From Zymomonas mobilis subsp. mobilis ATCC 10988 (GTDB taxonomy: Bacteria > Pseudomonadota > Alphaproteobacteria > Sphingomonadales > Sphingomonadaceae): a stretch of 32,000 nucleotides of DNA. Each line of letters begins with the position of its first letter. Within the stretch, counting starts at the first letter, position 1. The notes beneath the pieces are model-generated. The model did not search any database, was not told the origin of the DNA, and saw only the letters and a program-made list of their open reading frames with translations. This document shows, piece after piece, positions 1-10,110 of this stretch. The translations under genes and the position numbers were made by a program. The stretch spans positions 1,200,001 through 1,232,000 of the forward strand of contig NC_017262.1 in the NCBI RefSeq assembly GCF_000175255.2, given 5' to 3'.

Positions 1-477
1 ATGGATCGCTTCGAGTAAAGGCTTTGGATCGGGTTTTCTGACTGAAAAGCTGTCGCCGCCAATAATATCTGAAAAATAGTGATCCCAACCCAGCTGGTGG
101 ATAATCGGCCGCGCCAGACATTCCGGTTTGTTGGTATAGACAATCAATTTTAAACCGAGGTCTTGAAGCGCTTTTAATATTTCTTCGACGCCTTCATAGG
201 GGCGCGTATGTACCAGAACATGCTTTTTGTAATAAGCCAGCATCAAAGGGAATCCTTTGACCATCAATTCCTGATTGATACCGCCCGTCACTTCCAAAGC
301 TTGTTCCATTAGTCGCCGGATACCTTTACCCATCATTTTTTCGACCTGTTCCTGTGTCGGAACGGGACGTCCCATTTGTTTTAAAGCATAATCAAGGGCT
401 GCATGAAGGTCAGGTGAACTGTCGATAAGCGTGCCATCGAGATCAAAGCCGATAAAGTCAAATGGAATACGGGACAT
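1..477 (-). CDS. gph: Phosphoglycolate phosphatase-like HAD hydrolase (N-terminal part; gene continues past window start)
   Basis: Reverse-strand reading from the CAT at 475-477 gives MSRIPFDFIGFDLDGTLIDSSPDLHAALDYALKQMG..., with the HAD motif I DFDLDGTL-like and a later YTNKPE motif; open to the window edge. Confidence 0.85.
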   Translation of the reverse strand, partial: MSRIPFDFIGFDLDGTLIDSSPDLHAALDYALKQMGRPVPTQEQVEKMMGKGIRRLMEQALEVTGGINQELMVKGFPLMLAYYKKHVLVHTRPYEGVEEILKALQDLGLKLIVYTNKPECLARPIIHQLGWDHYFSDIIGGDSFSVRKPDPKPLLEAIH

Positions 478-681
478 AATGGGTAAAAACTCCCTGCTAT
501 AGAATAAAGGCTATTTATCCCCGTGGGGCGCAGTCATAAGAGACAGAACAACAGCAATAATTTACGATGTCGTGGAAATATATCGGCTTATAGAGATATT
601 TGCCTGTAAAATTAAGTCTGTTCCTGTTCTGGAAATAGGCACAACTTCATGGCAAAAGCCGAATATAGGAGAGTTTTTGTT

Positions 682-2034
682 ATGACTGCTCATAAGCCTT
701 TTTCTGCTGTTATTCTGGCTGCGGGTAAGGGAACGCGGATGCGTTCGGATACCCATAAGATATTACATGCCCTTGCTGGCAGACCTCTTTTAGGATGGGT
801 TCTGGACAGCCTTGCTCCGTTATCGCCTGATCATACCGTGGTTGTGACAGGTTCCGGTCGCGAGCAAGTCGAAAATTATCTAAAACAGGTTGATTTGCCC
901 GTTACCTCGGTTACCCAAGAAGAGCAATTGGGTACGGCACATGCTGTGGCACAGGCTAAATCCGCTTTGAAGGATTTTAAAGGGGATATTGTCGTTCTTT
1001 ATGGCGATGTTCCTTTAGTGCAACCCAAAACGATAAAAGCCTTGCTGGAACGCTTGCATCATGAAGACAAGCCGACAGTGGCCGTTTTAGCGTTCAGACC
1101 TGACGATCCGCGTCAATATGGGCGTATTGTCACTGATAAGACCGCCCATATCCAAAAAATGGTCGAATATAAGGATGCCAGCGAAGAAGAGCGGGCAATC
1201 ACCCTGTGTAATAGTGGCCTATTAGCCATCAGAGCGCATGATCTTTGGCCGTTATTATCACGGGTTCAGAATAATAACGCATCAGGCGAATATTATCTGC
1301 CTGATATTGTTATGCTGGCTTTGTCCGAAGGCTGTCAAGCTGTGACTGTTGATGCGGAGGCTTGGGAAGTTTCCGGCGTCAATAATCGGGCAGAACTCGC
1401 CAGCCTTGAAAGCCTGTGGCAAAATCGCAAGCGGCAGGATGTCATGAAAGACGGGGCTAGTCTGATTGCACCTGAAACCGTTTGGTTCAGCTATGACACT
1501 GAAATCGGGCGAGATGTCATTATTGAACCGCAAGTCTTTTTTGGACGTGATGTTAAAGTTGCCAATGGTGTAACCATTCATAGCTTTAGCCATATTGAGG
1601 GGGCTGACATTAAAGAAAATGTTGAAATAGGCCCCTTTGCACGGTTGAGACCCGGTGCCGAGATTGCTGAAAAAGCTAAAATCGGTAATTTCGTTGAGAT
1701 CAAGAAGTCCAAAGTCGAGAAAGGCGCCAAGGTTAATCACCTGACCTATATCGGGGATGCGACTATTGGCGCAGGTTCTAATATCGGCGGCGGCACTATC
1801 ACCTGTAATTATGATGGCTTTAACAAAAGCCGGACGGAAATTGGCGAGAAAGCCTTTATCGGTTCCAATAGCGCGTTGGTTGCGCCGGTGCGTATCGGGG
1901 CAGGGGCTATTATTGCCGCAGGGTCAACCATTACCCATAATGTGCCAGATGACAGCTTGGCGATTGCCCGATCGGAACAAGAGAACAAGGCCTTATGGGC
2001 AAAAAAATTTCGGCAGAGAAAAAAGAAAAAATAA
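682..2034 (+). CDS. glmU: Bifunctional UDP-N-acetylglucosamine pyrophosphorylase / glucosamine-1-phosphate N-acetyltransferase
   Basis: N-terminal AVILAAGKGTRMRSDTHKILHALAG nucleotidyltransferase motif; C-terminal left-handed beta-helix (NFVEIKKSKVEKGAKVNHLTYIGDATIGAGSNIGGGTITCNYDG). The ORF track starts at 649, but AGGAG ahead of ATG 682 favours 682. Confidence 0.97.
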   Translation: MTAHKPFSAVILAAGKGTRMRSDTHKILHALAGRPLLGWVLDSLAPLSPDHTVVVTGSGREQVENYLKQVDLPVTSVTQEEQLGTAHAVAQAKSALKDFKGDIVVLYGDVPLVQPKTIKALLERLHHEDKPTVAVLAFRPDDPRQYGRIVTDKTAHIQKMVEYKDASEEERAITLCNSGLLAIRAHDLWPLLSRVQNNNASGEYYLPDIVMLALSEGCQAVTVDAEAWEVSGVNNRAELASLESLWQNRKRQDVMKDGASLIAPETVWFSYDTEIGRDVIIEPQVFFGRDVKVANGVTIHSFSHIEGADIKENVEIGPFARLRPGAEIAEKAKIGNFVEIKKSKVEKGAKVNHLTYIGDATIGAGSNIGGGTITCNYDGFNKSRTEIGEKAFIGSNSALVAPVRIGAGAIIAAGSTITHNVPDDSLAIARSEQENKALWAKKFRQRKKKK

Positions 2035-2036
2035 AG

Positions 2037-2063
2037 AAAAGCCGGTTTTTACCGGCTTTTTTT
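2037..2063 (+). terminator. Rho-independent terminator of glmU
   Basis: AAAAGCCGGT-TTTT-ACCGGCTTTTTTT: perfect stem plus T tract, just after the glmU stop. Confidence 0.93.
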
Positions 2064-2149
2064 ATAGCAGTGCCCTTTGCCAAAAAACAAAAAGTCAGGG
2101 AGATATCCCGTCCAATAAACGGCGATTATTTTTCAAAAAGATAGCTTAA

Positions 2150-2187
2150 TATAAAAATATTCCGGCTGCCATCAGCAACCGGAATAT
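2150..2187 (-). terminator. Terminator downstream of the class A PBP gene (minus strand)
   Basis: Inverted repeat ATATTCCGG (2157-2165) / CCGGAATAT (2179-2187), followed in minus-strand direction by a T-rich tract (ATTTTTATATT). Confidence 0.75.
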
Positions 2188-2215
2188 CAAAATTTTTTAT
2201 TATTGAGACGATAAT

Positions 2216-4324
2216 TTAACCCTCAGGATTATGGCCGAGAACATTATCGAGCCAGTTTTTATCTAAGGCTGGATCGGCATGTCCTGTTGATTTTTCTTTA
2301 CCAGAATCTGGCTTTGTCGCGGATTTTTCATTGCCCTTGGAACGGTTGTCATCCGCATCCCCTGCGTGTTTTTCTGTCACCGCTGGTGGCAGAGTAGGCG
2401 CGGGGGTATCCGCCGGAAGACCGGAAGTCGCCGGATGAATAGCCGCAGCATCACCGAAATAGGTTTCGTCATCCGGTTCAACCTGCGAATCTGGCAAAGT
2501 TACCTGTGTGTCAAAAGGCACAACAGGCCGATCAGCCACAGCGACACGCATATATTTCGAGAACGCCATGGCCGGAGCATGACCGCCGGATAATCCCGGA
2601 ACAGGTTTAGAATCATCGCGCCCCATCCAGACGCCTGTTGTCAGACCACTAGAGAAACCGATGAACCAGCCATCATGACTAGATGAAGTCGTTCCGGTTT
2701 TACCGGCAACAGGGCGACCTATCTGGGCAGCGCGTGCGGTTCCGGTGGCAACTGCCGTTTGCAGCAAATCAGTCATTTCCGCTGCAACCCAAGGGGCTAA
2801 TAAGACCTGATCGCTGTTATCAGGATGCTGATACAACAATTTGCCATAGCTGGTCGTGATGCGGCTAATACCATAAGGGGTAACCGCAATACCTTTTCTG
2901 GCAACGACAGCAAAAGCGCGGGTCATATCAATCAAACGGACATCGGAAGTTCCCAGCACCATTGAAGGCACAACATCAATCGGTGTTGTGATGCCTAATC
3001 TTTTAGCCATGGTGGCGACCGTGTTAAAGCCGACCTGACTACCAAGTTTGGCGGCAATCGTATTCAAAGAGAAGGCAAAAGCTGTTCTGATGCTGATATC
3101 ACCTGAAAAATGACGGGAAGCGTTTCTCGGACTCCATCCGTTGATGGTCACTGGTTCATCAACAATACGGTCATCGGGGCGAACCCCACTTTCCAAAGCC
3201 GCGAGATAAACAAAAAGTTTGAATGATGAACCCGGCTGACGAGTCGCCTGTGTTGCCCGATTATAGATAGAAGAAACGTAATCGCGGCCACCAACCATGG
3301 CTCGAACCGCACCATCGCTATCAAGCGTCACCAAGGCACCTTGCGCCCCTTTCGGGGTGGAGTCTTGAATCGTTGTATCTGCGGCTCTTTGCATTCCGAG
3401 ATCAAGCGTTGTCCAGACGTCAATCGGTTCTGTGCTGGGCTCGATCAGAGAATCCAACTGTGCCAAAGCCCAGTCTGTAAAGTAGCGCACACCATTTTGA
3501 TGCGGTTCAGCCGATAAAGCAACATTTTGCGGATCGGCATTGATCTGTTCGGTTGGGTTGATCAGATGCTGTTCTGCCATCAATCCCAAAACAACGCGTC
3601 CACGGCTAACTGCGGCTTCTGGATCCGCGGTTGGCGAATAATTGGAAGGTGCCTTGACCAAACCTGCGATAATAGCAGCTTCGGGAAGTGAAAGCTGGGT
3701 TGCCGGATGCCCGTAAAATTTACGGGAAGCTGCATCAATCCCGTAAGCACCACCACCAAAATAGACCCGATTAAGATAAAGTTCTAAAATCTGGTTTTTA
3801 GTGAATTTTTGCTCAATCGCTAATGCCAGCAAGGCTTCCCGCGCTTTACGGGCAAAGCTGTAATTATTGGTCAGGAAGACATTGCGGGCTAATTGCTGGG
3901 TGATGGTTGATGCCCCTTGCCAGCGTTTGCCTTGGCCATGGTGAATAATCGCCACCCCGACAGCCCGCATCACCCCTACCGGATCCACACCGATATGATA
4001 ACGGAAACGACGGTCTTCTGTTGCGATCATCGCCTGCGTCATGGATTTCGGGATATCATTATACGGAATCCAACGGCCATAGCCGGGACCCATATTAACG
4101 ATAACCGTGCCGTCATTCGAGTGAACCCGAATGGTTTGACCATTGGGAGAAGCCTTCAGCTTGTCAAAATCAGGCAGGCTACTTTTGGTTGTGTAAACAG
4201 CTATTCCCAAAAGCACAGCCAAGACCAAGATAATCGTCGCCAATATGCCACCGACGATCAAGACAAGGCGCAAGGCTTTTCTTTGGGGGCGGTTTTGAGG
4301 GTTCTTTGAAGGTTTGCTGCTCAT
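2216..4324 (-). CDS. Class A penicillin-binding protein (PBP1A family; glycosyltransferase GT51 + transpeptidase)
   Basis: GT51 motifs ATEDRRFRYHIGVDPVG and QGASTITQQLARN; transpeptidase motifs SSFKLFVYLAALE (SxxK) and KTGTTSSSHDGWFIG (KTG). Confidence 0.95.
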   Translation of the reverse strand: MSSKPSKNPQNRPQRKALRLVLIVGGILATIILVLAVLLGIAVYTTKSSLPDFDKLKASPNGQTIRVHSNDGTVIVNMGPGYGRWIPYNDIPKSMTQAMIATEDRRFRYHIGVDPVGVMRAVGVAIIHHGQGKRWQGASTITQQLARNVFLTNNYSFARKAREALLALAIEQKFTKNQILELYLNRVYFGGGAYGIDAASRKFYGHPATQLSLPEAAIIAGLVKAPSNYSPTADPEAAVSRGRVVLGLMAEQHLINPTEQINADPQNVALSAEPHQNGVRYFTDWALAQLDSLIEPSTEPIDVWTTLDLGMQRAADTTIQDSTPKGAQGALVTLDSDGAVRAMVGGRDYVSSIYNRATQATRQPGSSFKLFVYLAALESGVRPDDRIVDEPVTINGWSPRNASRHFSGDISIRTAFAFSLNTIAAKLGSQVGFNTVATMAKRLGITTPIDVVPSMVLGTSDVRLIDMTRAFAVVARKGIAVTPYGISRITTSYGKLLYQHPDNSDQVLLAPWVAAEMTDLLQTAVATGTARAAQIGRPVAGKTGTTSSSHDGWFIGFSSGLTTGVWMGRDDSKPVPGLSGGHAPAMAFSKYMRVAVADRPVVPFDTQVTLPDSQVEPDDETYFGDAAAIHPATSGLPADTPAPTLPPAVTEKHAGDADDNRSKGNEKSATKPDSGKEKSTGHADPALDKNWLDNVLGHNPEG

Positions 4325-4354
4325 TTCAGGGTCAATTAAAGAGAAAAGGGAGCA

Positions 4355-6325
4355 TCAATTATGCTGACGAGAGGCTGCATTTGCAGCTGCTTTAACGCGC
4401 CATAAGCGAAAAGGCGATTCTTTTGGTAACGGCATGGCTTCCAGCCACGGTGGCACCTGACCTTTTGCGAGCTGCGCGTAAAATCCATTCTTGGCTTCAT
4501 TAAGGTAAATTGAGGATTCGGGCATCCCCGGACAAATCAATACCAGACTAATTGCGTGTCGTCTTATAATATTTTCTGCCTGTTCAGGGCTGCCCCGAAA
4601 AGCATGATGCACATCCAAAATAGCGTCTGCATTACGATGATACGGGCCTGCAATCGCCTGATGATGGGTCATTGCAATAAGGCGGGGGGCAAAATCAATA
4701 AAGGTCAAAATATTGGCTTGCGGGATGGCCTCGATAGATTTTAGCGCCGGAATAGTAGGGCATCGTCTTTCTGGATGGGACGGCGTTTTATTCTCACTGA
4801 CTTTGTGATTTTCTTCTGCCCGATGAGAAGGCAAAGTGCTGCCTTTGGAAAAGGGATTTTTAAAGAAAGGTTTATGATGCCCTTGATGGGTATATTCGAC
4901 TATTTTTAGAGGAATAAAGCTACTGGCAACAGCCAAAATAGAAAGAATGACAAGCGCATATCCCAACATTCCGGCATATGTTTTCTGTTTATCCATCTTC
5001 TTCAGAAGGGTCATAATCAGCCAGCAACAAGCAGGGACTGCCAATAATTGCGCGGCAGGCGATGTTCTTGTCTGCCATGCGGTCATAGCCAAGGCCGATA
5101 GAAAAATGAAGGCTAGATTGAGCCATCCCCCAATTCTGGGAGAAAAACGGTTATTCCATAAGGCCGGAAACAGCGAGATCAATCCAACAATCGGTAAAGA
5201 CAGAATAAGCACGATAACTTTGATATCGCGACTATAAACGGGTTTGGCTTCCCCTACATGTGACATCCATAATTTATATAATTCTGGCGATATCGCTTCT
5301 GGTCGTCCAAGACATTGTGGCCAGCTATAGGCAAAAATACCGCCGATAAAGAGACCGGCGATAACAGCAGCCGAAAGCCGAAAAGCCCATCCTGCACGGA
5401 TAGAGGCGATGAGTGCTACCAATAGTCCACCGCCTATCGTTGCTGTCAGCCAAACCGGAGAAAGCGCATCACAAACCGGCGCTCTATTGGCATAGGAAGC
5501 AAAGATAAGCCAACCGATCAGACTGGTTAAAGCTAGAGTGAAGCCATAATATTTTAAGGCTTGGGCATGACGAATATTTGTAACCCAAAATAACGTCTGC
5601 ATACCGGCTGCAAGCGCAATATAAGGCAGAATCTCAAGACCAATTACCAAAGATAAAGTAGAAGAAAGCGCAACTGTAACAGCGCCTCTTTTCCTGTCGG
5701 GATCTGCATTTCCAGCGATAATCAGACTAAGAAAAGCCAGCTGCCAACCATGATGATCTATCCGCAGGGGTAAAAACATCCCCAATGTCACACCAGCGCA
5801 GAGCAACAGGCAATTGGCAACAAAAAAACTTTTTTCGCCTACAAGGCGACGGCAAGTGAGCGCGTTACCAAAAAAGAGAATTCCCAAAGGGAGAAGGGGC
5901 GCTATCGCTGTTCCAAAACGAATAGATCCCATGCTGCCAAGAAAGGGTTGGCTTATGGCAATCAAAGCCGCGATAGGAATATCAACTAGGCGCGACCAAT
6001 GAATATTGGCACCTTTAGGCGGATTAAGACGATGTTGCTGTAAGTCGAACCATCCCTGACCATGAAGCCAGTCCCTGACTTCCGCAAGGCGGAGATTGTC
6101 ATCGGTGTCAGACAGAGAAAGCCAATAAATAGCGTGACGATGGGTGTAAAGAAGAAAGGCTGCCGTTAAAATCCAGAATAGGCAGGTAATAAGTCGCCAA
6201 TAATGCCGACTAATCTGATCCCATAACAGACTTTCTTGACTGTTATTGAGAGACAAGAAAGGTGTCACTACCACTTTTTTGAAAGTAGCTATCAAAGATT
6301 TATTTGAATGGACTTTGCCTGTCAT
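4355..6325 (-). CDS. Polytopic membrane protein, GT-C glycosyltransferase-like
   Basis: 656-aa ORF with many hydrophobic segments. N-terminal acidic motif after TM1 (LSDTDDNLRLAEVRDWLHGQGWFDLQQHRLNPPKGANIHWSRL) and a soluble C-terminal part. Family assignment is inference. Confidence 0.75.
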   Translation of the reverse strand: MTGKVHSNKSLIATFKKVVVTPFLSLNNSQESLLWDQISRHYWRLITCLFWILTAAFLLYTHRHAIYWLSLSDTDDNLRLAEVRDWLHGQGWFDLQQHRLNPPKGANIHWSRLVDIPIAALIAISQPFLGSMGSIRFGTAIAPLLPLGILFFGNALTCRRLVGEKSFFVANCLLLCAGVTLGMFLPLRIDHHGWQLAFLSLIIAGNADPDRKRGAVTVALSSTLSLVIGLEILPYIALAAGMQTLFWVTNIRHAQALKYYGFTLALTSLIGWLIFASYANRAPVCDALSPVWLTATIGGGLLVALIASIRAGWAFRLSAAVIAGLFIGGIFAYSWPQCLGRPEAISPELYKLWMSHVGEAKPVYSRDIKVIVLILSLPIVGLISLFPALWNNRFSPRIGGWLNLAFIFLSALAMTAWQTRTSPAAQLLAVPACCWLIMTLLKKMDKQKTYAGMLGYALVILSILAVASSFIPLKIVEYTHQGHHKPFFKNPFSKGSTLPSHRAEENHKVSENKTPSHPERRCPTIPALKSIEAIPQANILTFIDFAPRLIAMTHHQAIAGPYHRNADAILDVHHAFRGSPEQAENIIRRHAISLVLICPGMPESSIYLNEAKNGFYAQLAKGQVPPWLEAMPLPKESPFRLWRVKAAANAASRQHN

Positions 6326-6546
6326 TAACGGAAATCTTCGTTATTTCCGAAATACAAATTCATAGCGAATGCCTTTACCCCCACCCAATATCATTAATTC
6401 TGCCTATGAACGACCGATAAGATAAAATATTTATGGATCGGGCTTTAATCTTTTCTCTGACTGATGCAATAGCGATCCTATTCGGTCGCCATCTGTCTAA
6501 AAACAAATTTTGACCGTTTCCAATAGATATAAAGAAATGAGGTCTA

Positions 6547-6993
6547 ATGTACCGGTCTCTTTGGTTAAAGCTAGAGAATTTTCTTGATGAAGAAAAGCGT
6601 TTGTTTCTGGGGCAAGTTATTCGTTTTGGCCTTACCGGAGGTTTTACCACTTTTCTGAATGCGGCTATTTATTATGTCGGTGCCAAATGGGGGCATATGG
6701 CTCCTTTATTCTCGAATTTTATCGGTTACCTCGTGGCTATGATTGTGGGCTATTTGCTCCACAACTATTTCAGCTTTCGGGGACATGGCTGCCAAGATCG
6801 CCATTGGCAGCTTTTTTTACGCTTTTGCCTTGCTTCTTTATTGGGACTGGGACTGAACAGCTTTTGGGTGGGCTGTATGGTCAATTATCTCCACCTCATG
6901 AAATGGACGCCCCTGCCTTTTATGGTTTTTGTAACGCCTCTCGTCAGTTTTTGGTTGAATCGTCGCTGGGTTTTTCGACCGTCTAAAAAATGA
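6547..6993 (+). CDS. GtrA-family small membrane protein
   Basis: 148 aa, about four TM segments, FGLTGGFTTFLNAAIYYV ... LVAMIVGYLLHNYFSFR ... FVTPLVSFWLNRRWVF, typical of GtrA. Confidence 0.88.
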   Translation: MYRSLWLKLENFLDEEKRLFLGQVIRFGLTGGFTTFLNAAIYYVGAKWGHMAPLFSNFIGYLVAMIVGYLLHNYFSFRGHGCQDRHWQLFLRFCLASLLGLGLNSFWVGCMVNYLHLMKWTPLPFMVFVTPLVSFWLNRRWVFRPSKK

Positions 6994-7010
6994 ACATCGC
7001 CTAATTATTC

Positions 7011-8672
7011 TTATTTTACGGCAGGGACAGCCTTGGGCTTTGATCCGCTTTTGGGGGCAGAAAGCATAGAGCTAACTGTCGTAAAGCGATGGTCTATTTT
7101 ATATAAAATACCGTTTTCGCCCGACCATATCGGTATCAGATCATCTTCATGAGGCCACAAAGACGGCGGTATATCCATAAGCCAGAAATAATCGAAAGCC
7201 TGTCTTGGAAAAGATTCCAAGGTTTTATCGAGATCGGCTGATCCTCTAAAACGACATTGACGCGGATAAAGCGATTGAGATGGGTCGTGAATAAATCTTT
7301 TCGCCTCTGGAAAATGAATTGTCAGTAATTGCTGACCGGCTATTGCCCATTCACTATTGGTAAAAGCATCTTTTCTGACCGTTGCCATGGCAGGTAAATG
7401 GCTCATATGGTTGCTGACCCATGTCATAAGGCAGGGTGTAGAAACCATAGCTAAAACCCGTGATCCGGGAGCCATGAAATCAACCGCTTTCAGCTGCTTT
7501 TGATAGCCTTGGTCATAAAACCAAAAGCTGACTGTAGTCGCTGCCGTTCTTATCGTAAAAAACAGACAGGCCGCTATGGCGGCTATTCTTGCAAAATTTT
7601 GGTTTTTGGGAGCCTTCAACCCGACCAAGGCTGATGCAAAAATATAGGGGGCTAGTCGCATATCTGCAAAGGCGGCACTCAGCAAAATCCGAGGCAAACA
7701 GATATAGGCGATGAGCAGGATAAAACAGGCGAGTCCCATCGGGGGTGCCAGTCGCAAACGTCCCAAAAGAAGAATGAAACAAGCGACACCGATAGAGGCA
7801 ATGTCAAAATTTTGCCAGCGATCCCGTAATGCGGAAAGAACCCATTCTATTTTAAGGTCAAATCGGAACCAGTCGCCATTTCCATCACTGACATGGCCTG
7901 AACGCCATAAAATCATTAGTAAAATAGGGGGCAGCAAGGGCAGCATCGCCAAAGCCGATTTATAACCGGCTTGGAACAGAGCTGATAAAATAGGCTGGTT
8001 ATTGCGTCTGGCGTGGCGGTAATCACTTGAAAAATCAGCCGAAAAACAGAGTAAGCCCAAGATACCCCAGCCATAGCTATGACATGACCAGATAATAATC
8101 CCGAAGGGTATAAATATGAAGGCTCTTAAATAAGGGCTGTTTTTCAGGGTTATCCACAAGGCAAAGGCATTGAATGTCAGTGCCATGGATAGGCAATAAT
8201 TCAAAAAACCGAATTGGAAAGGAAAACCATAGATAAAGGGTAACGCAAAGGCCGCCGTGGGCGGAATCTTGCCATGTACGGCTTTCGCAACCGCTAACAA
8301 CCCCGCTGCGGTTACCATAACCATGATGATAACGCCGATTTTTAATCCTAATTCCAGCCCGAATAAATGGGCAAGCGGGATAATAAAAAGGTCAAAACCA
8401 AGATTGCCGACTAGATGCCAATCGAAACTATACCACTGATGCAGCCATGGCGATTGGTGAATACCCAGTTCAACCCGATATCGCCCAAGATGGCCGGGGG
8501 CATCCGTAAGCGGAGGCAATTCCGGCCAGAACAAAGGCACAGCAGAAAGCAGGATCAGACCCAAAATATAAAAAGGATTCTGCCACCAGTCGCTGTTTTT
8601 AAATGAAGATCGGGATGCAGGTCGAAAAGAAAACATTGCCGCGCTTATCCTTTTTCCTGTTCCGATGTGCAA
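7011..8672 (-). CDS. Polytopic membrane protein, possibly GT-C-like
   Basis: 553-aa ORF with about 10 or more hydrophobic segments and an N-terminal LPPLTDAPGHLGRYRVELG motif after the first TM; function unassigned. Confidence 0.7.
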   Translation of the reverse strand: MHIGTGKRISAAMFSFRPASRSSFKNSDWWQNPFYILGLILLSAVPLFWPELPPLTDAPGHLGRYRVELGIHQSPWLHQWYSFDWHLVGNLGFDLFIIPLAHLFGLELGLKIGVIIMVMVTAAGLLAVAKAVHGKIPPTAAFALPFIYGFPFQFGFLNYCLSMALTFNAFALWITLKNSPYLRAFIFIPFGIIIWSCHSYGWGILGLLCFSADFSSDYRHARRNNQPILSALFQAGYKSALAMLPLLPPILLMILWRSGHVSDGNGDWFRFDLKIEWVLSALRDRWQNFDIASIGVACFILLLGRLRLAPPMGLACFILLIAYICLPRILLSAAFADMRLAPYIFASALVGLKAPKNQNFARIAAIAACLFFTIRTAATTVSFWFYDQGYQKQLKAVDFMAPGSRVLAMVSTPCLMTWVSNHMSHLPAMATVRKDAFTNSEWAIAGQQLLTIHFPEAKRFIHDPSQSLYPRQCRFRGSADLDKTLESFPRQAFDYFWLMDIPPSLWPHEDDLIPIWSGENGILYKIDHRFTTVSSMLSAPKSGSKPKAVPAVK

Positions 8673-8834
8673 GATGATTTGCTTTTTTTGTATAAAAAAT
8701 GCTTAGGGTAAAAAGAGTGAGGACAGAATAAAATTAAAAAAACGATAATCTCTCTTTTGAACTCTGACCTTAACGCCTAAAAGGCTCCTCTATTCAATTT
8801 CGGCTAACCCCTCGCGATTAGGACGCGCTCTTTA

Positions 8835-10004
8835 ATGCATGATGATACCGTGAACCAACCGATATCTTCTCTTTCTGCGGAAATAAACCAGAAGAATAAA
8901 AATTTTATGCCGATGTTATCGGTGGTTATTCCTACCTATAACGAAAAGGGGAATATTGCCGCTTTAGTCGAAGCTGTAAGAGACGCCTTAGGGGATATCC
9001 CGTGGGAAATGATTGTTGTTGACGATGATAGTCCTGATAAAACCTATGAATTGGCCTTTCAGTTAGCCCACAAAGAACCTCGTCTTCATTGTATCAGAAG
9101 AGTCGGTCGTCGCGGTTTGTCTTCGGCTGTCGTGGAAGGGGCTTTGGCCTCCAATGGCGATTTTATCGCGGTTATGGATGCCGATTTTCAGCATGATGAG
9201 AAAATGCTGAAACCCATGTATGAAAAGATGATCGCTAAGAAAGCTGATCTAGTTGTTGGAACGCGTTATGCGGGTGATGGCGGTGTCGGAGATTGGGACG
9301 AAACCCGACGGCAAATGAGTGATTTTGCCACAAGGCTTAGCCGTATTCTGATCGGTAACAAGACATCTGACCCGATGAGTGGCTTTTTTATGCTGCGCCG
9401 TGAGGTTGTTGAGGCGTCAGTTTATGATTTATCGCAACAGGGATATAAAATTCTGTTGGATATTATCAGTTCGGCTCCAATGCCTTTGCATATTGAAGAG
9501 GTTTCTTACGTCTTTAGAAATCGGCGTGAAGGCGAAAGCAAAATCAGCTTGCAGGTCATGGCTGAATTCCTGTTTCAGATCATTGAAAAAATGTCCCATG
9601 GTCTCATTCCGGGACGTTTCGTTCTTTTCAGTGCTGTCGGTGCGCTTGGCCTTTGTGTCCATTTAGGGATTTTGTTTTTACTGAAATCTTATCACGTCGC
9701 TTTTTTGCCAGCGCAAACGGCGGCTATCGGCTGTGCGATGCTGTTTAACTTCTTTGTTAATAATGAGCTGACTTATCGTGACCGAAAATTAAAAGGTTGG
9801 GCTTTTATTCCGGGATTAATTCTCTTTTGTCTGATTTGTAGCATTGGCGCTTTAGCCAATATCGGAGTCGCCGAGCTAGCTATTCATCAGACATCCAGTT
9901 GGTCTTTAGCGGGCTTGGCAGGGGCATTAATTGGGGCAGCTTTCAATTTTGGCGCTGCGAGCAAATTGATCTGGGAAAGAGTCAAAAAGCCAAAAAGAAA
10001 ATAG
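8835..10004 (+). CDS. Family 2 glycosyltransferase (polyprenyl-phosphate sugar synthase-like) fused to a C-terminal GtrA domain
   Basis: LSVVIPTYNEKGNIAALVEAV, IVVDDDSPDKT, FIAVMDADFQHDE, then C-terminal FVLFSAVGALGLCVHLGILFLL...FNFFVNNELTYRDR (GtrA-like). Confidence 0.92.
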   Translation: MHDDTVNQPISSLSAEINQKNKNFMPMLSVVIPTYNEKGNIAALVEAVRDALGDIPWEMIVVDDDSPDKTYELAFQLAHKEPRLHCIRRVGRRGLSSAVVEGALASNGDFIAVMDADFQHDEKMLKPMYEKMIAKKADLVVGTRYAGDGGVGDWDETRRQMSDFATRLSRILIGNKTSDPMSGFFMLRREVVEASVYDLSQQGYKILLDIISSAPMPLHIEEVSYVFRNRREGESKISLQVMAEFLFQIIEKMSHGLIPGRFVLFSAVGALGLCVHLGILFLLKSYHVAFLPAQTAAIGCAMLFNFFVNNELTYRDRKLKGWAFIPGLILFCLICSIGALANIGVAELAIHQTSSWSLAGLAGALIGAAFNFGAASKLIWERVKKPKRK

Positions 10005-10110
10005 TGAATCTTGAATTGGGAATCAGTTCTATTAAAAAATAGAGCTGCCTTTAAAGCTGAAAATTGCAGTATGGGCGATATATTCAGCATGGTTCTAAGG
10101 TGTCTTTTAT

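Noticed and set aside
562-756. 64-aa ORF upstream of and overlapping glmU
   Set aside because: Short, no homology I recognise, overlaps the glmU start in another frame.
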